This document shows positions 27,051-41,200 of a stretch of 64,000 nt of DNA, in pieces. Origin of the DNA: Octopus bimaculoides (Eukaryota); assembly GCF_001194135.2 (NCBI RefSeq), contig NC_068986.1, forward strand, positions 38,856,273 through 38,920,272, read 5' to 3'. The translations under genes were made by a program, and so were the position numbers. The notes below the pieces were generated by a model that made no database searches, was not told where the DNA came from, and saw only the letters and a list, made by a program, of their open reading frames with translations. Position 1 is the first letter of the stretch. Each line of letters starts with the position of its first letter.

Positions 27051-27850
27051 CTGAAGTGAACAGACAACACTATAACGAATGGCACTACTTATAAAAATAT
27101 ATTTTAAAAGATAAGATAAATTAAGTCTTTAAATTAGATCTTCATTTAGCTATCTCCAGAAATATCTTCATTATATGGGTTGAAATAGAAAAACAAATCT
27201 AGATTCAAACTGTCATCATTTTGTAGCATCTATACAGTACATTTATTTCTTCATAGCTACATTAATATGTTAAGCTATGCTCTAATCTATATTAGTTAAG
27301 ATAAGGAAAATTACACAAGATCTTAACTCTCTTAAACATGTCAAGGTGAAGAGTGAAAAGAAATGTGCAAACCTTATTTCTACAATGGAAGATTTAAAAG
27401 AAGGGCAAAAATAATCTAAACTACTTAATGACATCTATATTAAAAAATAAAGATTTCACTAAATTTATTCATTTTAAACTTACCAAACATAGTTGGTGGC
27501 AAGTGATTCATTAAAGATGCAGTTTCATCAAAACCACCTGTAGCCATATCACTAGAAGTGCAACTTGCAGTTGCACCAGCTGCAGCACCAAGAAGAGGTT
27601 CACTGCCAAGTTGAGGCGATTTAGGACATCCTATAAGAAGCCAATAAACATAAATATCACAATATCATCTGTAATTAAATAATACTGAAGGTGTTTTAAA
27701 AAAAGGCATGTAAATTTTTACTTTGTTATTACTCTTTATAGACAACCATGTTCAAATCTTTTATTCACAACATATTAACAAAAAGACAAGAGAACATTTG
27801 GATAGCTTCAACCTAAATATTATCAATTGTGTAAACCAAACACAAAATGA

Positions 27851-27883
<33 letters not shown>

Positions 27884-28989
27884 AGAAAATAAAGACGGAA
27901 TAAATGAGATGAACAGTTATTCTTTTAGTTATTTCATTGAAGAAATTACCTCAGAAAGTTTTCCCTCATCTGGGATCAGAAAGAAATATGTAATAACTAC
28001 CAATTCACCATTTACATTCACTTTCCAAATTAACTTTGGAAGGACAGGTGATCACAACGTAAGTCAGTTCTAATTTGGAGTTTCTATATGTCGAAATAGG
28101 TCAAAAGACTAAACTCATACATTTCATTTTTGGTACTTTTCTACAGCTGTGTACTCTTACTAACACCAACTACTTTACAGTGTACTGGGTGCATATATGG
28201 TGGCAACACCATCAGAGTGGTGTCATGTCAATGATAAGACCTCTTGACTCCTACACTGTGTCTGTTCATTTGCCAACCATTTTATGGAGTGTACTCCATG
28301 CATTTTATCATGGCACCACTACTAATGAGATTGCTTTATATCTCATAAGACTAAAGATGTATGTAATGAATCAAGAAATGGCAGAAACATCATACAGTTG
28401 ATTTTACTTATTTGGACAACTTCTCAAAAAAAAAAAAACAATATCAAATCAATGTAAAATTGATCAGTTAATTGTATAAGATTTGTTCTAAATTTGTAGT
28501 ACAAAAGAAAAAGGTTGCACAACATTTGATTTCATTGAAATGATTCTGGACCCTTTTAATCTCATAAAGAATTATAATAGCAGTAGTTAATACTTTTTGT
28601 TTACAAACAAAACAGTCAAATGCATTTAAGTTGTTCTTACATTGCAATAAATTAAAGACTTTAAAGTTTAGATTTCAGTGCAGTTTTATTTCAACTGTGT
28701 AATAAATTTCTCCAATAAATGAATTTTCATTGAGGATAAAAAAATTTTTAAAAAGATAGTTTTAAATGAAGAATTGACACTATTTTGGCATTTTTATCAT
28801 CAACTACATCCATCAACACCCTTGCCTCGTCTCTTAAAAACAAGATCTTTATATTTGAATGAAAAGAAACTATTAATTATACATCACTTCAAAAATTGAA
28901 GAATTGGATAATCTCCCAACCATAAAATATATAATAAAAGAAATATACCTGAATGCAATGCTAAGTCAACAGGCCGATTAGGACTACAA

Positions 28990-29030
<41 letters not shown>

Positions 29031-32000
29031 TTGCTGTTGCTGCTGTTGCTGTTGTTGCTGTTGCTGCATTTGTTGTTGCTGTAACTGTTGTTGTTCATGG
29101 GAGCTTTCTTCAGCATTGGGACTACTTTGAGTGGAGTTTGAAGCACTACGATTGCGGGGTGAACGTCCAAGACGGCCACAGTCAGGAGAAGCAACTGTTT
29201 CTGGACCATTTAGAGAATATTCACTGGCGGAGCTACATGTTGCACTTGCAGATCTAGCCTAGTAACAAAATATAAATACTAAACATCAAACCAAATAAAA
29301 ACTTTAGATATTTTAAACAGTAGTCTATAAAACACAGATAATTCTATTCTTTTACTGGTTTCAGACAGATTGTGTTATCATGCTGGGAACATTGTCTTCA
29401 AGAGTATAGACAAATCAACCCCAACATTTAACTACTATTTGGGAGGATGAAAGATAAAAGTTGACAAAGGTGAGGTTGAAACTCAGTATATAAAGGGACA
29501 TAACCGAAATCCACATGCTTATTTGTTCAATGCTCAATCGATTTGGCCATCCACCAGTATCATGTTTGTACACATGACACTACTGACAGGACACCCATTA
29601 CTTCAAAACCAGTTCTTTTTAACATATACTAAACAACGTTTTTCCAAAATCACTTAAAATTTTTTTTTTTTAAATAAATCCATAGGATATCATCATCATC
29701 ATCATCGTTGATGATGATATCCTATGGATTTATTTAAAAAAAAAAAAAACAAAAAATAAAAATTTATAAAAATCAAAATAAACTGTCACCATAGCGAAAA
29801 ATGTGACAAAAAGTGACATTTGATAATCATCACAACCAGAATAAGAATATTTTAATAGTGGATGCCTACTGTTTAAACTATATAATTACTGATCACTTCA
29901 TCTTCCTCAAAACTAAATCCAATAGCAGAAAATTATTTTTTAAAGTTCATCTATCATTTCCATAGCAGTATATTTTAATCAGAGATGTTGCCAACTAAAA
30001 TCTAAAATAATCTCATTTTGCAGAGCAAAAACTTCAGTTATGAAAAATTATATATTCACTGAAATTAAACATACAACATATGTGTGTGTGTGCGCGCGCA
30101 TGTGTGTGTGTACACACGTGCATATGGGAACATGTGTGTGTGCATCTGTATAAAACCAAAACATTATCTTAGTACACAAAATATATATTGAATATGATGA
30201 TAGTTTATGAAAATACAACCATCATTAACAGTTTCAAATAATTGCTTATTCCAGTGGACTTTGTGATAGTGGTTGTTTACATAAGCATGAAATCAGCATT
30301 TTAGGCAACAGGAAATAAAAATTTGTAATATCCATGCCTTTCTTAAGGATATTAATAACATAACTAAATTAAAATAGGAATTAAAATCAGGTCACTGACT
30401 CGGTTCAAAGTTCTTACTGCTACACTACAGCACTACCAAGATACTTTGAAATATTGCATCCTGTTAACATTTCATCTGTACTTGACTGCATGTTTGAGCT
30501 TGACTGTTCTATGTGTATTTTTCCATCTGTCCTCAGTGCAACCTTCAACTGTAGACAACCAGTTAAAAGAAAGAAAAAAAACTGCTGGACAGCAAGGCAT
30601 CAACTCCAAAATTACAAAATATTTAGCAAAATTCCAGTTTTGTGAATTGAAATTAAATGCCAACTGAAATCTAGGCATCAGAAGAATGAAGTGAATCCAA
30701 CTGCCAAAACAAACTACACCAGAATAAACAGCTATAAGAAAAATAATACATTACATGTATGTAAAGAATTTTAGCTTAATCTTTATGCAGATTTGATCCT
30801 GTTTGAATAACAAAAATAGCATAATTACATTCAAGTCAGAAGTGATAATTAATTAATAAAACGAAATATAGCATCAAAACCACTACATACTGAAGTATTA
30901 TCAATAAAACAAATCTCATATTTTCTTTCTGTGGGATTTCTTGCAAATCTTCTAAGACTAATTTAAAGTATTTTGAAGGAAACAAAAATAAAAACTACTT
31001 TCAGATAATGCTAAAGATATCAGAACACTGAACAGTTTCTAAAAAAAAAGTTTAAAAAATTACTTCTGCTCCAGCTTATATGTAACAAAAGTATATGAAG
31101 GCAAATGTCACCTGAAGTACAGCTAAGTTATAGAGAAAATGAAAAAAATAGTCAATAAATAACAAATTATATTAAAAATATCACAGCACTGTAGCACTGA
31201 TGTTCTTACTGGGCCTTGAATTTTAGCTCTCTTTTCATTATCTCTAAGCCACTGCAAATATGATTCTCGAGCCACCTGCTCTTCAATTGTTTCTTGAGTC
31301 AATTCCCAGTCAGTTTCACGTAATTTATCTTCTAACATAGCCTGAAAGAAGAAAAAAATTATATCAGGTTCTTTTTATTAATTGTTACATTGATTCAGAA
31401 CTCATTCTACCCAAGTTTCAATCTGTTTATTTTTCCTTCTTTTTTTCATCTAGAAGAAAAAAATTTTGTTTCACTTATATTCTTTATTTTGTTTTGAAAG
31501 AGCTAAAGAGTTATTCCGAAACATTTAACAGCTTAAAAACAATTTTTAAAGCCTATTTCCCAACAGAAAAAATTAACTATTCAATCCAAAGAGATAACAA
31601 AAGGCAACAAAAATTTTGTTACATCATCATCATCATCATCATCGTTTAACGTCCGCTTTCCATGCTNNNNNNNNNNNNNNNNNNNNNNNNNNNNNNNNNN
31701 NNNNNNNNNNNNNNNNNNNNNNNNNNNNNNNNNNNNNNNNNNNNNNNNNNNNNNNNNNNNNNNNNNNNNNNNNNNNNNNNNNNNNNNNNNNNNNNNNNNN
31801 NNNNNNNNNNNNNNNNNNNNNNNNNNNNNNNNNNNNNNNNNNNNNNNNNNNNNNNNNNNNNNNNNNNNNNNNNNNNNNNNNNNNNNNNNNNNNNNNNNNN
31901 NNNNNNNNNNNNNNNNNNNNNNNNNNNNNNNNNNNNNNNNNNNNNNNNNNNNNNNNNNNNNNNNNNNNNNNNNNNNNNNNNNNNNNNNNNNNNNNNNNNN

Positions 32001-35000
32001 NNNNNNNNNNNNNNNNNNNNNNNNNNNNNNNNNNNNNNNNNNNNNNNNNNNNNNNNNNNNNNNNNNNNNNNNNNNNNNNNNNNNNNNNNNNNNNNNNNNN
32101 NNNNNNNNNNNNNNNNNNNNNNNNNNNNNNNNNNNNNNNNNNNNNNNNNNNNNNNNNNNNNNNNNNNNNNNNNNNNNNNNNNNNNNNNNNNNNNNNNNNN
32201 NNNNNNNNNNNNNNNNNNNNNNNNNNNNNNNNNNNNNNNNNNNNNNNNNNNNNNNNNNNNNNNNNNNNNNNNNNNNNNNNNNNNNNNNNNNNNNNNNNNN
32301 NNNNNNNNNNNNNNNNNNNNNNNNNNNNNNNNNNNNNNNNNNNNNNNNNNNNNNNNNNNNNNNNNNNNNNNNNNNNNNNNNNNNNGTCTGCCTTTTACTG
32401 AGTGAGAGTCCCTTTGTCGCCAGCAGGGGTAAGAGAGAACTAAATAGGTGTTCCTGGCTAAATTCGGTATGCTAATTTCAAATCTATAATTAGATATTTC
32501 CTATCACATCTAGATTTTGTGTAAAATGCAAATCACTTAGTAAAATTTCCTACCATATCCAAATTCTGGTTTTAATCAGCTTAATGCCAGAAATATGAAA
32601 CTTGCTTTTCAAGGTTAAAGCAATTTTTGGGACACTGACATATGCTCTGATGAGTCCAGATTTGCTCTATTTCCTGACAATGGACAAGTGTGGTTCTGGA
32701 GACTCTGTGATCAAGAATTTGATGTGAAAAGATTGCAGCCAACACTGAAACTCAGCAGCTATTTTCTGAGATGGTCTGGGGAGCAATTTGGAGCAATGGC
32801 TGATCAGAGCCGTGGAGTGTGAGGGAAACATAAACTCAGATAAATATGTGTCCATATTGCAGAAAGGACTCCTTCCAATCTTCTCCAGTGGTGAAATGAT
32901 TAAAGACTCTTTATTTATAGAAGATGGGGCTCCTTGTCACACAGCTAAAATGACCTAAGATTTGTTGAATGAGAATGACATTAAAAAGCTTTCATGGCCA
33001 AGCTAGTCACCAGATATGAACCCTATTGAACACCCCTGGAACATAATGGATGGGACACTTCATAAAAAGAACAAGAAAGCATCTTCAAAGCCAGATCTTT
33101 TGAGATTACTGCATGAAACATGGCAAGAAATTCCGCAAGAGAATATTCGTCACTTGATCAATAATATGCCTAATAAGGTCCTTGCATTGAAAAATGCAAA
33201 GGGCATGTCTACTAAATATTAAATATTCACATTATAACAATTAATAAATAATTTGGATGTATAATTTCAGATTTAAATAAATGATTATAAGGGTGTCTAT
33301 TTACTTCTGTCATGTCTGTAGATCTTCCACCACTTCACATTAAACTTGGCCTTATGAAAAATTTTGTGAAGAGTATGGATGATCAAGATAGTTCTTTCTA
33401 ATATCTAAAGGATAAATTCAAAGAAATATTGACAGATGCTATGCTAGAAGCTGGAGTTTTCACTGGACCACAGATCCACAGTGTCATCCACAATTCATCA
33501 TTTCCATCTAATCTAAATGAGAATGAACTAGGAGCATGAACATCTTTTGTTGAAGTTGTCAAAATTTTTCTTGGAAACCACAAAGCTGAAAACCACCGTG
33601 AACTCATAGAAAACATGCTTCAATCTTATGAAAAAATGGGATGCAGAATGTCTTAGAAAATAAATTTTTTACATTCTTATCTTCCCAGCCAACCTTGGGG
33701 CTGAGTGACAAGCATGGTGTGAGCACGTCCACCAACAGATCTCAGATACCAAGGTAATTTCAAGCCATAAATGGGAGATTATAGTTGGTTCTTGCAGAAG
33801 AAGAGCTCATCATCCTGCAAGTGACAAAGGAAGAGGAAACACCAAAGTTTCACTTAAGAACAGGAAGTTGCCTCTCGGCAGCAACAACAAAATACTAATG
33901 CGCTTTGGATGGATGGATGGATGGTTGGATGCAGGGGTGGCAACTCCACCAGCAGAATTCCACTGTCTGTCTTAAACTGGAAAAAGGAGGAAAGACATTC
34001 CTGTTCACTAATTATTTAAGTATACCTAACATAAAATGTGGCATGGAAAAGTAGTTTAGACGATTTTTGTAATAGAAGCACATGAGAAAGAATGAAAAAT
34101 AGAGGTTTTTGGTTCCATAAAATCTGAACATGATAGAAAAATTGAAATGTAAGATCTGAAATTAGCATCAGAAATTTGATAGGAATCAGTAGTTTACGTA
34201 TCTGTAACAAAAAAAGTTGTAATTTGTTGCCTGGTGTAATAGATGTATCCTTTCATGCATTATGGAGGGAGAGAACAATAAAACAAATAATGAAGAAGGC
34301 AGCACTTTATGATTTCCAGAAGATGAAAGATAGAATGCAATTCATGGATTTGGAAGAATATAATGGATGCAAGCTTTAATAAACTACATTCAATAAAATA
34401 TCATCCAATTTACTTAAGTAATTGCAATGTTGGTTATAAAATCTCAATTTAAATTTTTCCCTTATTTGAGGATACACTATATGCTTATATGAGTATCTGA
34501 CCTTGCTAGTAAAGCCAACTGTCTATATGTATTCGAGATCATTTAAAACCAGATATGCAGAATAACTATGTACCTCCTCTGTAGCAAGACACTTGTACTT
34601 GGCTCTGTTGTACTTTAACCTCTCAACACCTGATATAAAGTCACTTCACACTCAGGGGCTTCTACCATTTTTTTTCTTCTTGTCTTGCAAGTTATTTGGC
34701 CACCTCACTAATACCAGTGGCATGGAAAAAAGCACCCAGTACACACTGTAAAGTGGCTGGCTTTATGAAAGACATCCAGCCATAGAAATTATGCTAAAAC
34801 TGACATTGCAATTCAACAGTCTTGTGGCTCATCCGATACTATGAAAACGTCCATGGCAAATGGGCATTAAATGAGGATGATTTTTCCATGTTTATTGGTT
34901 CCATTTCTTTTAAGGTATGTTCATGCTTATTACAAAATCCAAACAGAATCCAAACATAGACACACTAATTAATGCTTACATGTGCGCCAAGCTTTCATTT

Positions 35001-35203
35001 CTAATAAGAGTTAAATTGCAGCTAAAGAGTGAAATTCAATTATGACAATTCACATCAAAAGTGTACGAGATAAAGAAGTATGGTATATACAAGTAAATAG
35101 TTGATTTGCAAGAAGTCTACTAAAGCAACACTAAAAACTTCTAAGGTTATATAATTTCTCAACATATTTTCAAGACAAAAAGAAATATGCAATATGTTTG
35201 TGA

Positions 35204-35237
<34 letters not shown>

Positions 35238-38200
35238 NNNNNNNNNNNNNNNNNNNNNNNNNNNNNNNNNNNNNNNNNNNTATATATATATGAATGAATA
35301 CAGCGAGTATATGTTAAAGATTCACAAGGTGTCTACGGTAAAGACTTATTATTAATGTTATTGTAATATATCCTTTCAGTTCCTTTAATGCTTATTTTCT
35401 CTTTTGACTTATGTATCTATGCACGCTGACATTACACATCCAGTAGAAAATGTTTACCTCATTTTCACCCCAGCCTTCGCATATATCTGTATTCAATGCC
35501 CATTTCTTGCTACCATGCAGCACTGCACAAAAGCGCACTTCATACATAGCATCAAACATTCAGCCTTCCAGTCAGAGAGAGAATGCCTTTGCTGTCAACA
35601 GATGTAACAGTTTCTTGAAATTATAAGACCTCATCTTTACTTCAGATAATATGCTTTTGTAATAACAACCTTCACAGCTGATTGGATTACTTTAAATAAT
35701 AAAAGCTTCTGCATAGTTGAAATGTCATTTCTGCTAACTACTCCTCTGAATGCACTTTTTGCGCACATGAAGTTTGAGTACACAGTATAAAGTTTCTATT
35801 TACATACAAATATTAAATCACAGAAAATTTTACATGATATACAATATATGATACCAAAAGCTGATATCAACTTACTTTTTCAATATGAAAATCTTCTGAT
35901 TGTGTTACAGCATCTCGCATTAGATTCTTTTCAGCTAACTGAAATATAAAAACAAAAAAGAAAATGAAATAACACAAATAAGTAAAACCAATTTTGCTTT
36001 GACAGTAATTTATCTAAATAACTCTACAACATTAAAAAAAGTAAATACTATTAAAACCTAAAATATAAATTATCTTAGGGGAATAATTTTGCTAACATTT
36101 CAAATTTCTTAAAGTCCTAGTTACAATTTAAAATACATTCTATTTTCATTTTATTACATGAAAATACGATTATCCAACACTATTCAGAGAAAAATTAATC
36201 ACAAGAGATAAAACTAGGATAAAACAAATACATAAATAACATTAAAATAATAGAGGCATTAAAAAGTTGCATCATTTTTTAAAAATGAGAAATTCTTTCC
36301 TTTTAACTTATAACATTTTCATTTGAATATAGTAAATATATTATTTAACTGCTTTAAAAGTTTTAAATTTACGTTATCCCAAAATCAGAAATGCACATTT
36401 CTGACTATATATCTCAACAGTAAACTTGCTTTGTAATTGATGAAAAGGAAGCTAATTGCAATCAGCATAGGTAAATATCAGCTAATAAAGTTTACGATTC
36501 TCAATAATAATCTTGGAAGTTGTGGGGTAGATGCAAGTTATAACATTTCAGGTTCGCCCTTTCTTTGGAGAAAGGATTAAATAGTTTAGATACTCGAAAA
36601 GAATAAGTTCAAAACTAAAATAGTTTAATAACAATATTTTTATTAGCTGAAATATATTTAGTAAAATTAATGCTTTAAACACATATATTACTATAAATAC
36701 AAAAGTAATTTATAGAGTTAAAAAATAAGTGAGGATAAAGTAAGTAAATAGAGGCAAAACACTGAAAATCAAAATGAATACTTACCCCAGGTTGAAGACC
36801 AGGTAATCCAAGTCCTACACCTATGGTAGCTTTATATGGGTCCACAACTGAATTATAATGAACATTTCTATGATAACTTATTCTTATTGGTTCATTGTCC
36901 GTTTTATAAGAAGAATGAAATGTGTTGATAGGATCTAAATAACAATATGTGAAGAAAGAAAAGTCAGTACAGGAAATAGCCAAAAATTCTTCATTTGAAT
37001 GGAAAATACTCTTAAAAATTTATTAAAATAAATTAGACAAATTAAAAGTTGTTCCACTGAAAAAGAACCTGGTAGTATGGCCATAAAAAAAGGACAAGAG
37101 TAAAAGCTGTATTAATAAACATGTAACATTTATTTCTACAGTAGGGTGATGTAAATTAGCAAGCATTTTTATATTATCAGAGAAACCAAAACAAAAATGT
37201 TCTCAAATCAAATCAAATGAGTTGAAACAAAATATAACAGCTGAAGTCTTGGAAGTGGAACGTTTTTTGTTTTGTTTCTTTTTAATGGTAAGACAGTAAG
37301 AACACAAGACCTTAAATGATATTAAAGCCATAAACATATTTAACCCATTTGATACCAACCTGCCCAAGACCACCTCTGGATCTGATATAAACTTATGTTC
37401 TGAACACCAGCTTAATGATAAAGTTATTTAACAAAGGCAGTGTATTTCAACAGAAACAGAGCAACAAAATAATTAAACTGTGCAGTTAACTATTATTGAT
37501 AATTGTCATCAATGAGTGACAAAACTACGACATTAAGGGAAGTTGGAATATTAACTCACTGTTCATAAAATAAAGCATAATAATTCAAATTGGGAAGCAC
37601 AGCTGCATCTGGCAACTTACTGCAACATCTTCAACAGTTTATTTTTTTTATTAACAACTTATGCAGGAGGAGGAGGAGCATAAATTAACTTTTCAGCCAC
37701 TAATTTAACCCTCTTGGAACATGCAGGCCGATTGATCAGCCCAAGTGATACAAGCTGAAAGGACTTTGAGGCCAATCCATTGGCCCAATGAAACAAATGA
37801 ATAGTTGGTTTTGAAGTGTAATAGCCAATCAGAGATCATCTTTCAGTAGATGTATTTCCTGTTGTGCAATACCGACAAAGTCACCATGTTTGCCCAAAGT
37901 GTTTAGTGTGTTTTTATTTGTTTTTACCTATAAAGTACCCACTGCAAAGATGAGCAATTCTGACGAACCAAGTAATGAGTTTGATACAAGTGAGTCAATG
38001 TTGCAAAGACCAAAGTTCTAGTAAGTAGGAAGGCGGACACATCACACACCCCGTCAGGTGTGTGTCATGTGTAGAAAAGGTGCTTGATCTATAGAAAAGG
38101 TGTAGGTAAAAACTCCATAAGATGTACCCAGTATAATCTATAGACACATAAGAGGTGCAGGAACATCGAAGGAAGATAGCTTTCATGTGCGGCGGGTGCA

Positions 38201-41200
38201 CAGGGGCAATAAACACCACAGATGCTCAGAAAACAGATTCTATCGAACTCCAGGGGGAAAAACTAGAAGTAGTTGATAGCTTCCGTTACCTGGGTGATCA
38301 AGTTAGTAGTGGAGGTCGATGCTCAGAGAGTGTTACCACTAGAATAACCTGGGCAAAGTTTAGAAAGCTTCTACCCATACTGGTGACAAAGGGCCTCTCG
38401 CTCAGAGTGAAAAGTAGATTGTATGATGGATGTGTGCGAACTGTTATGCTTCACAGTAGTGAAACATGGGCCATGACTGCTGAGGACATGCGTAGGCTCG
38501 AAAGAAATAAAGCTAGCATGATCCGCTGGATGTGTAATGTCAGTGTGCACACACAACAGAGAGTAAGCGCCCTGAGAGAAATGCTGGACATAAGAAGCAT
38601 TGGATGTGGAGTGCAAGGGAGACGTTTGCGTTGGTATGGTCATGCACTACAGATGGATGAGGAGAGATGTGTGAAGAAGTGCCACTCCCAAATAGTGGAA
38701 GGAATCCGGGGTAGAGGTAGACTCAGGAAGACATGGGATGAGGTGGTGAAGCATGACCTTCAAATGTTGGGCCTCACAGAGGCAATGACAAAAGACTGAG
38801 AACTCTGGAAATATGCTGTCACTGTAAAGACCCGGCAAATAAAGTGATTTCCCGGTTGTATCCTACACCAGTTTCGCATAACCAGCCCCTGCCCATTCAA
38901 AAGTACCTTGGAGTGTAGGGTGACCTGCTGTGCTTGAGGAGACCTATTGAGTCAAGTACATCAACATCAAAATGAAAATCAAATGGAAATTGTAGTTGTG
39001 ATCCCCATGCTGGTGGCACGTAAAAAGCACCATCCGAAAGTGATCGATGCCAGCGCTGCCTCAACTGGCTCCCACGCCGGTGGCATGTAAAAAGCACCAA
39101 CCGATCGTGACCGTGCCAGCCTCCTCTGACCCCTGTGCCAAAGGCATGTAAAAAGCACCCACTACACTCACGTAGTGGCTGGCGTTAGGAAGGGCATCCA
39201 GCTGTAGAAACACTGTCAGATCAGACTGAAGCCTGGTGCAGCCTCCTGGCTTCCCAGACCCCAGTCAAATCGACGAACCTATACTAGCATGGAAAACGGA
39301 TGTTAAACGGTGATGATGAGGTGGAGTCTGAATTGCAGACAGGGAAAAATCTTGACTACAGCATTCTGCAAGAAGTCCCCCAAAAAATGCTGTGCTGTTG
39401 CTCTCTACCAAAGAGAAAGCTGGGGGGGTCCACAGGTGTAAGTGAGAAGACGAGGCCAAACGCATAGAGCTGCAGCACATGTTTACAAGCCCTTTTCTGT
39501 GCTTGCTTACAACAAGTACATGGTGGGGATAGACCAGGGTGACAGCTATCTAAACAAGAGGAAGACACTAAAATACTGGAAAAAAGTAACTTTCAACATT
39601 CTCTCCAGAATGCTGCTGAACTCGTATATAATTTACAAGAAGCACACATCAGATAGACATGCCAGGGTTTTTGTTTTGGTTGTTGAGGCCTTGATCAAGG
39701 TCAACATGGACCAGAGGAGTGGTCCCTCTGATGAGATTGGAGGTATGGTCTGGTCACGAACTCTCAAAACAAAGGAAAGGACTGTTGTGTCTGTAATGAC
39801 AGGAGAATGCCTGGGAGATGAAAAAGGTCTAGAATCATGTGTCAGAAGTGTAAAAAAAGGCCTTCATGGACCATGTTTCCTCGAACACAAGTGCTAGCTA
39901 GCTGTTATACATTGTTAAATATTTTTGCATAAAAACTTCTGTGTGATTTAGTGTAGTTTTAGATTTACTTGTACATTTTTTTTTTTTCTCAAGGAAGCAT
40001 TTATGCTTATTATTTTATTTATTTATTTGCTGTTTTAGGTTTTCTTATTGTGATGGATGTATTATACTGTTTACAAGCTTTCATAATAAATATAGCTTTA
40101 CATATCAATAGTTTTAGGCACTTTATCCTTTGTTTTCTACATGCACCCATCAATTCCTATCTCAACAGGAAAAAATGGCCTTTTTAGTTACACATACCAA
40201 AATACCATGTGTCTCAAAAAGGTTAATATTAATACGGAAAGGGAGAAGCCATGATCATCCAATACAGCCCATTAAACAATCTTTCACCAGTTTCCTTCTA
40301 CTCAATTTCACTCACAAAGCTTGGGTTAACCATAACCTCAGATTAACCCAAGCTGTAGGATCAAACTGGAACTATATGATTGCAAAGCAAATTTCTAAGC
40401 CTCTCACAGATGTACCCGTCAAAGATGATTGGCTTACCTAAGCTGTATTGGTATACTTCAATTGGTCTGTTATATAATTCACATAATGCTTGCATTTCAA
40501 CATGGTTACCATGACAATTGTCATTCCTTTTACGATTTAGGTAAGTGTTAAAATCCTCTGTAACATAATGTTTGAAGTAATCTACATTTTTTGCCTGCAA
40601 ATAATAAATTAAGAAAACACAGTTTTAGGTTAAGTATAAAATGAACTCAAACAGAATTAGATCTAAAAAATAAAATTTTTAAAAAAAAGAAATTCATATA
40701 AAATATCAAACAAACACTGAATTATATGTTACTCAAGGATCATTGAGCAAAGTTTTTAAAAAATTATAAAAAGACAAAATTACAAACATCAGAAAAGGAA
40801 AGATCCCAGCAAAAGGTCAACTGAAACAACTTGCTAAGATGTATTCTGCAAGAATGCATTAAACAGAATGAGTTACCTTACAACTTTCTATGTAAAAACA
40901 TCAATTTCTGTCACAATCATCATCAATAATTTTATGTCCATTTTTCATGTTGGCATGGGCTGGACAGGTTGTCATGGTCCAAGTTGCACCCAATTGGGAA
41001 CTACAGATCCCAAACACTAGGTGCTGAAATATGTCAATTGGCTTACTTCTATGGCTCAATGCCCTTCCTAACATCAACCATTTTACAGAGTGTCTGAGTG
41101 CATTTTCTCATGGTTGTTGACACTAGAGAGTTTGAAGAGTCCTTGTCAAAATATGAAAGAATAACTGTTGTAGTTGGAAATGTGAAACATAGTTAAACGA

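Noticed and set aside
28961-29209. Asn/Ser-rich ORF overlapping the polyQ exon
   Set aside because: It is an alternative frame of the CAA/CAG repeat; the OTUD5 frame is fixed by splice phases and homology.
32647-32690. CTGATGA-GTCC...GGAC hammerhead-like start
   Set aside because: It is not followed by GAAA, and it is simply the SDES codons of the Tc1 transposase.
40877-40887. Possible 11-nt poison microexon in OTUD5 (tag|AAAGTTGTAAG|gtaact)
   Set aside because: Splice-like motifs this short arise often by chance in AT-rich introns, and nothing supports it without junction reads.
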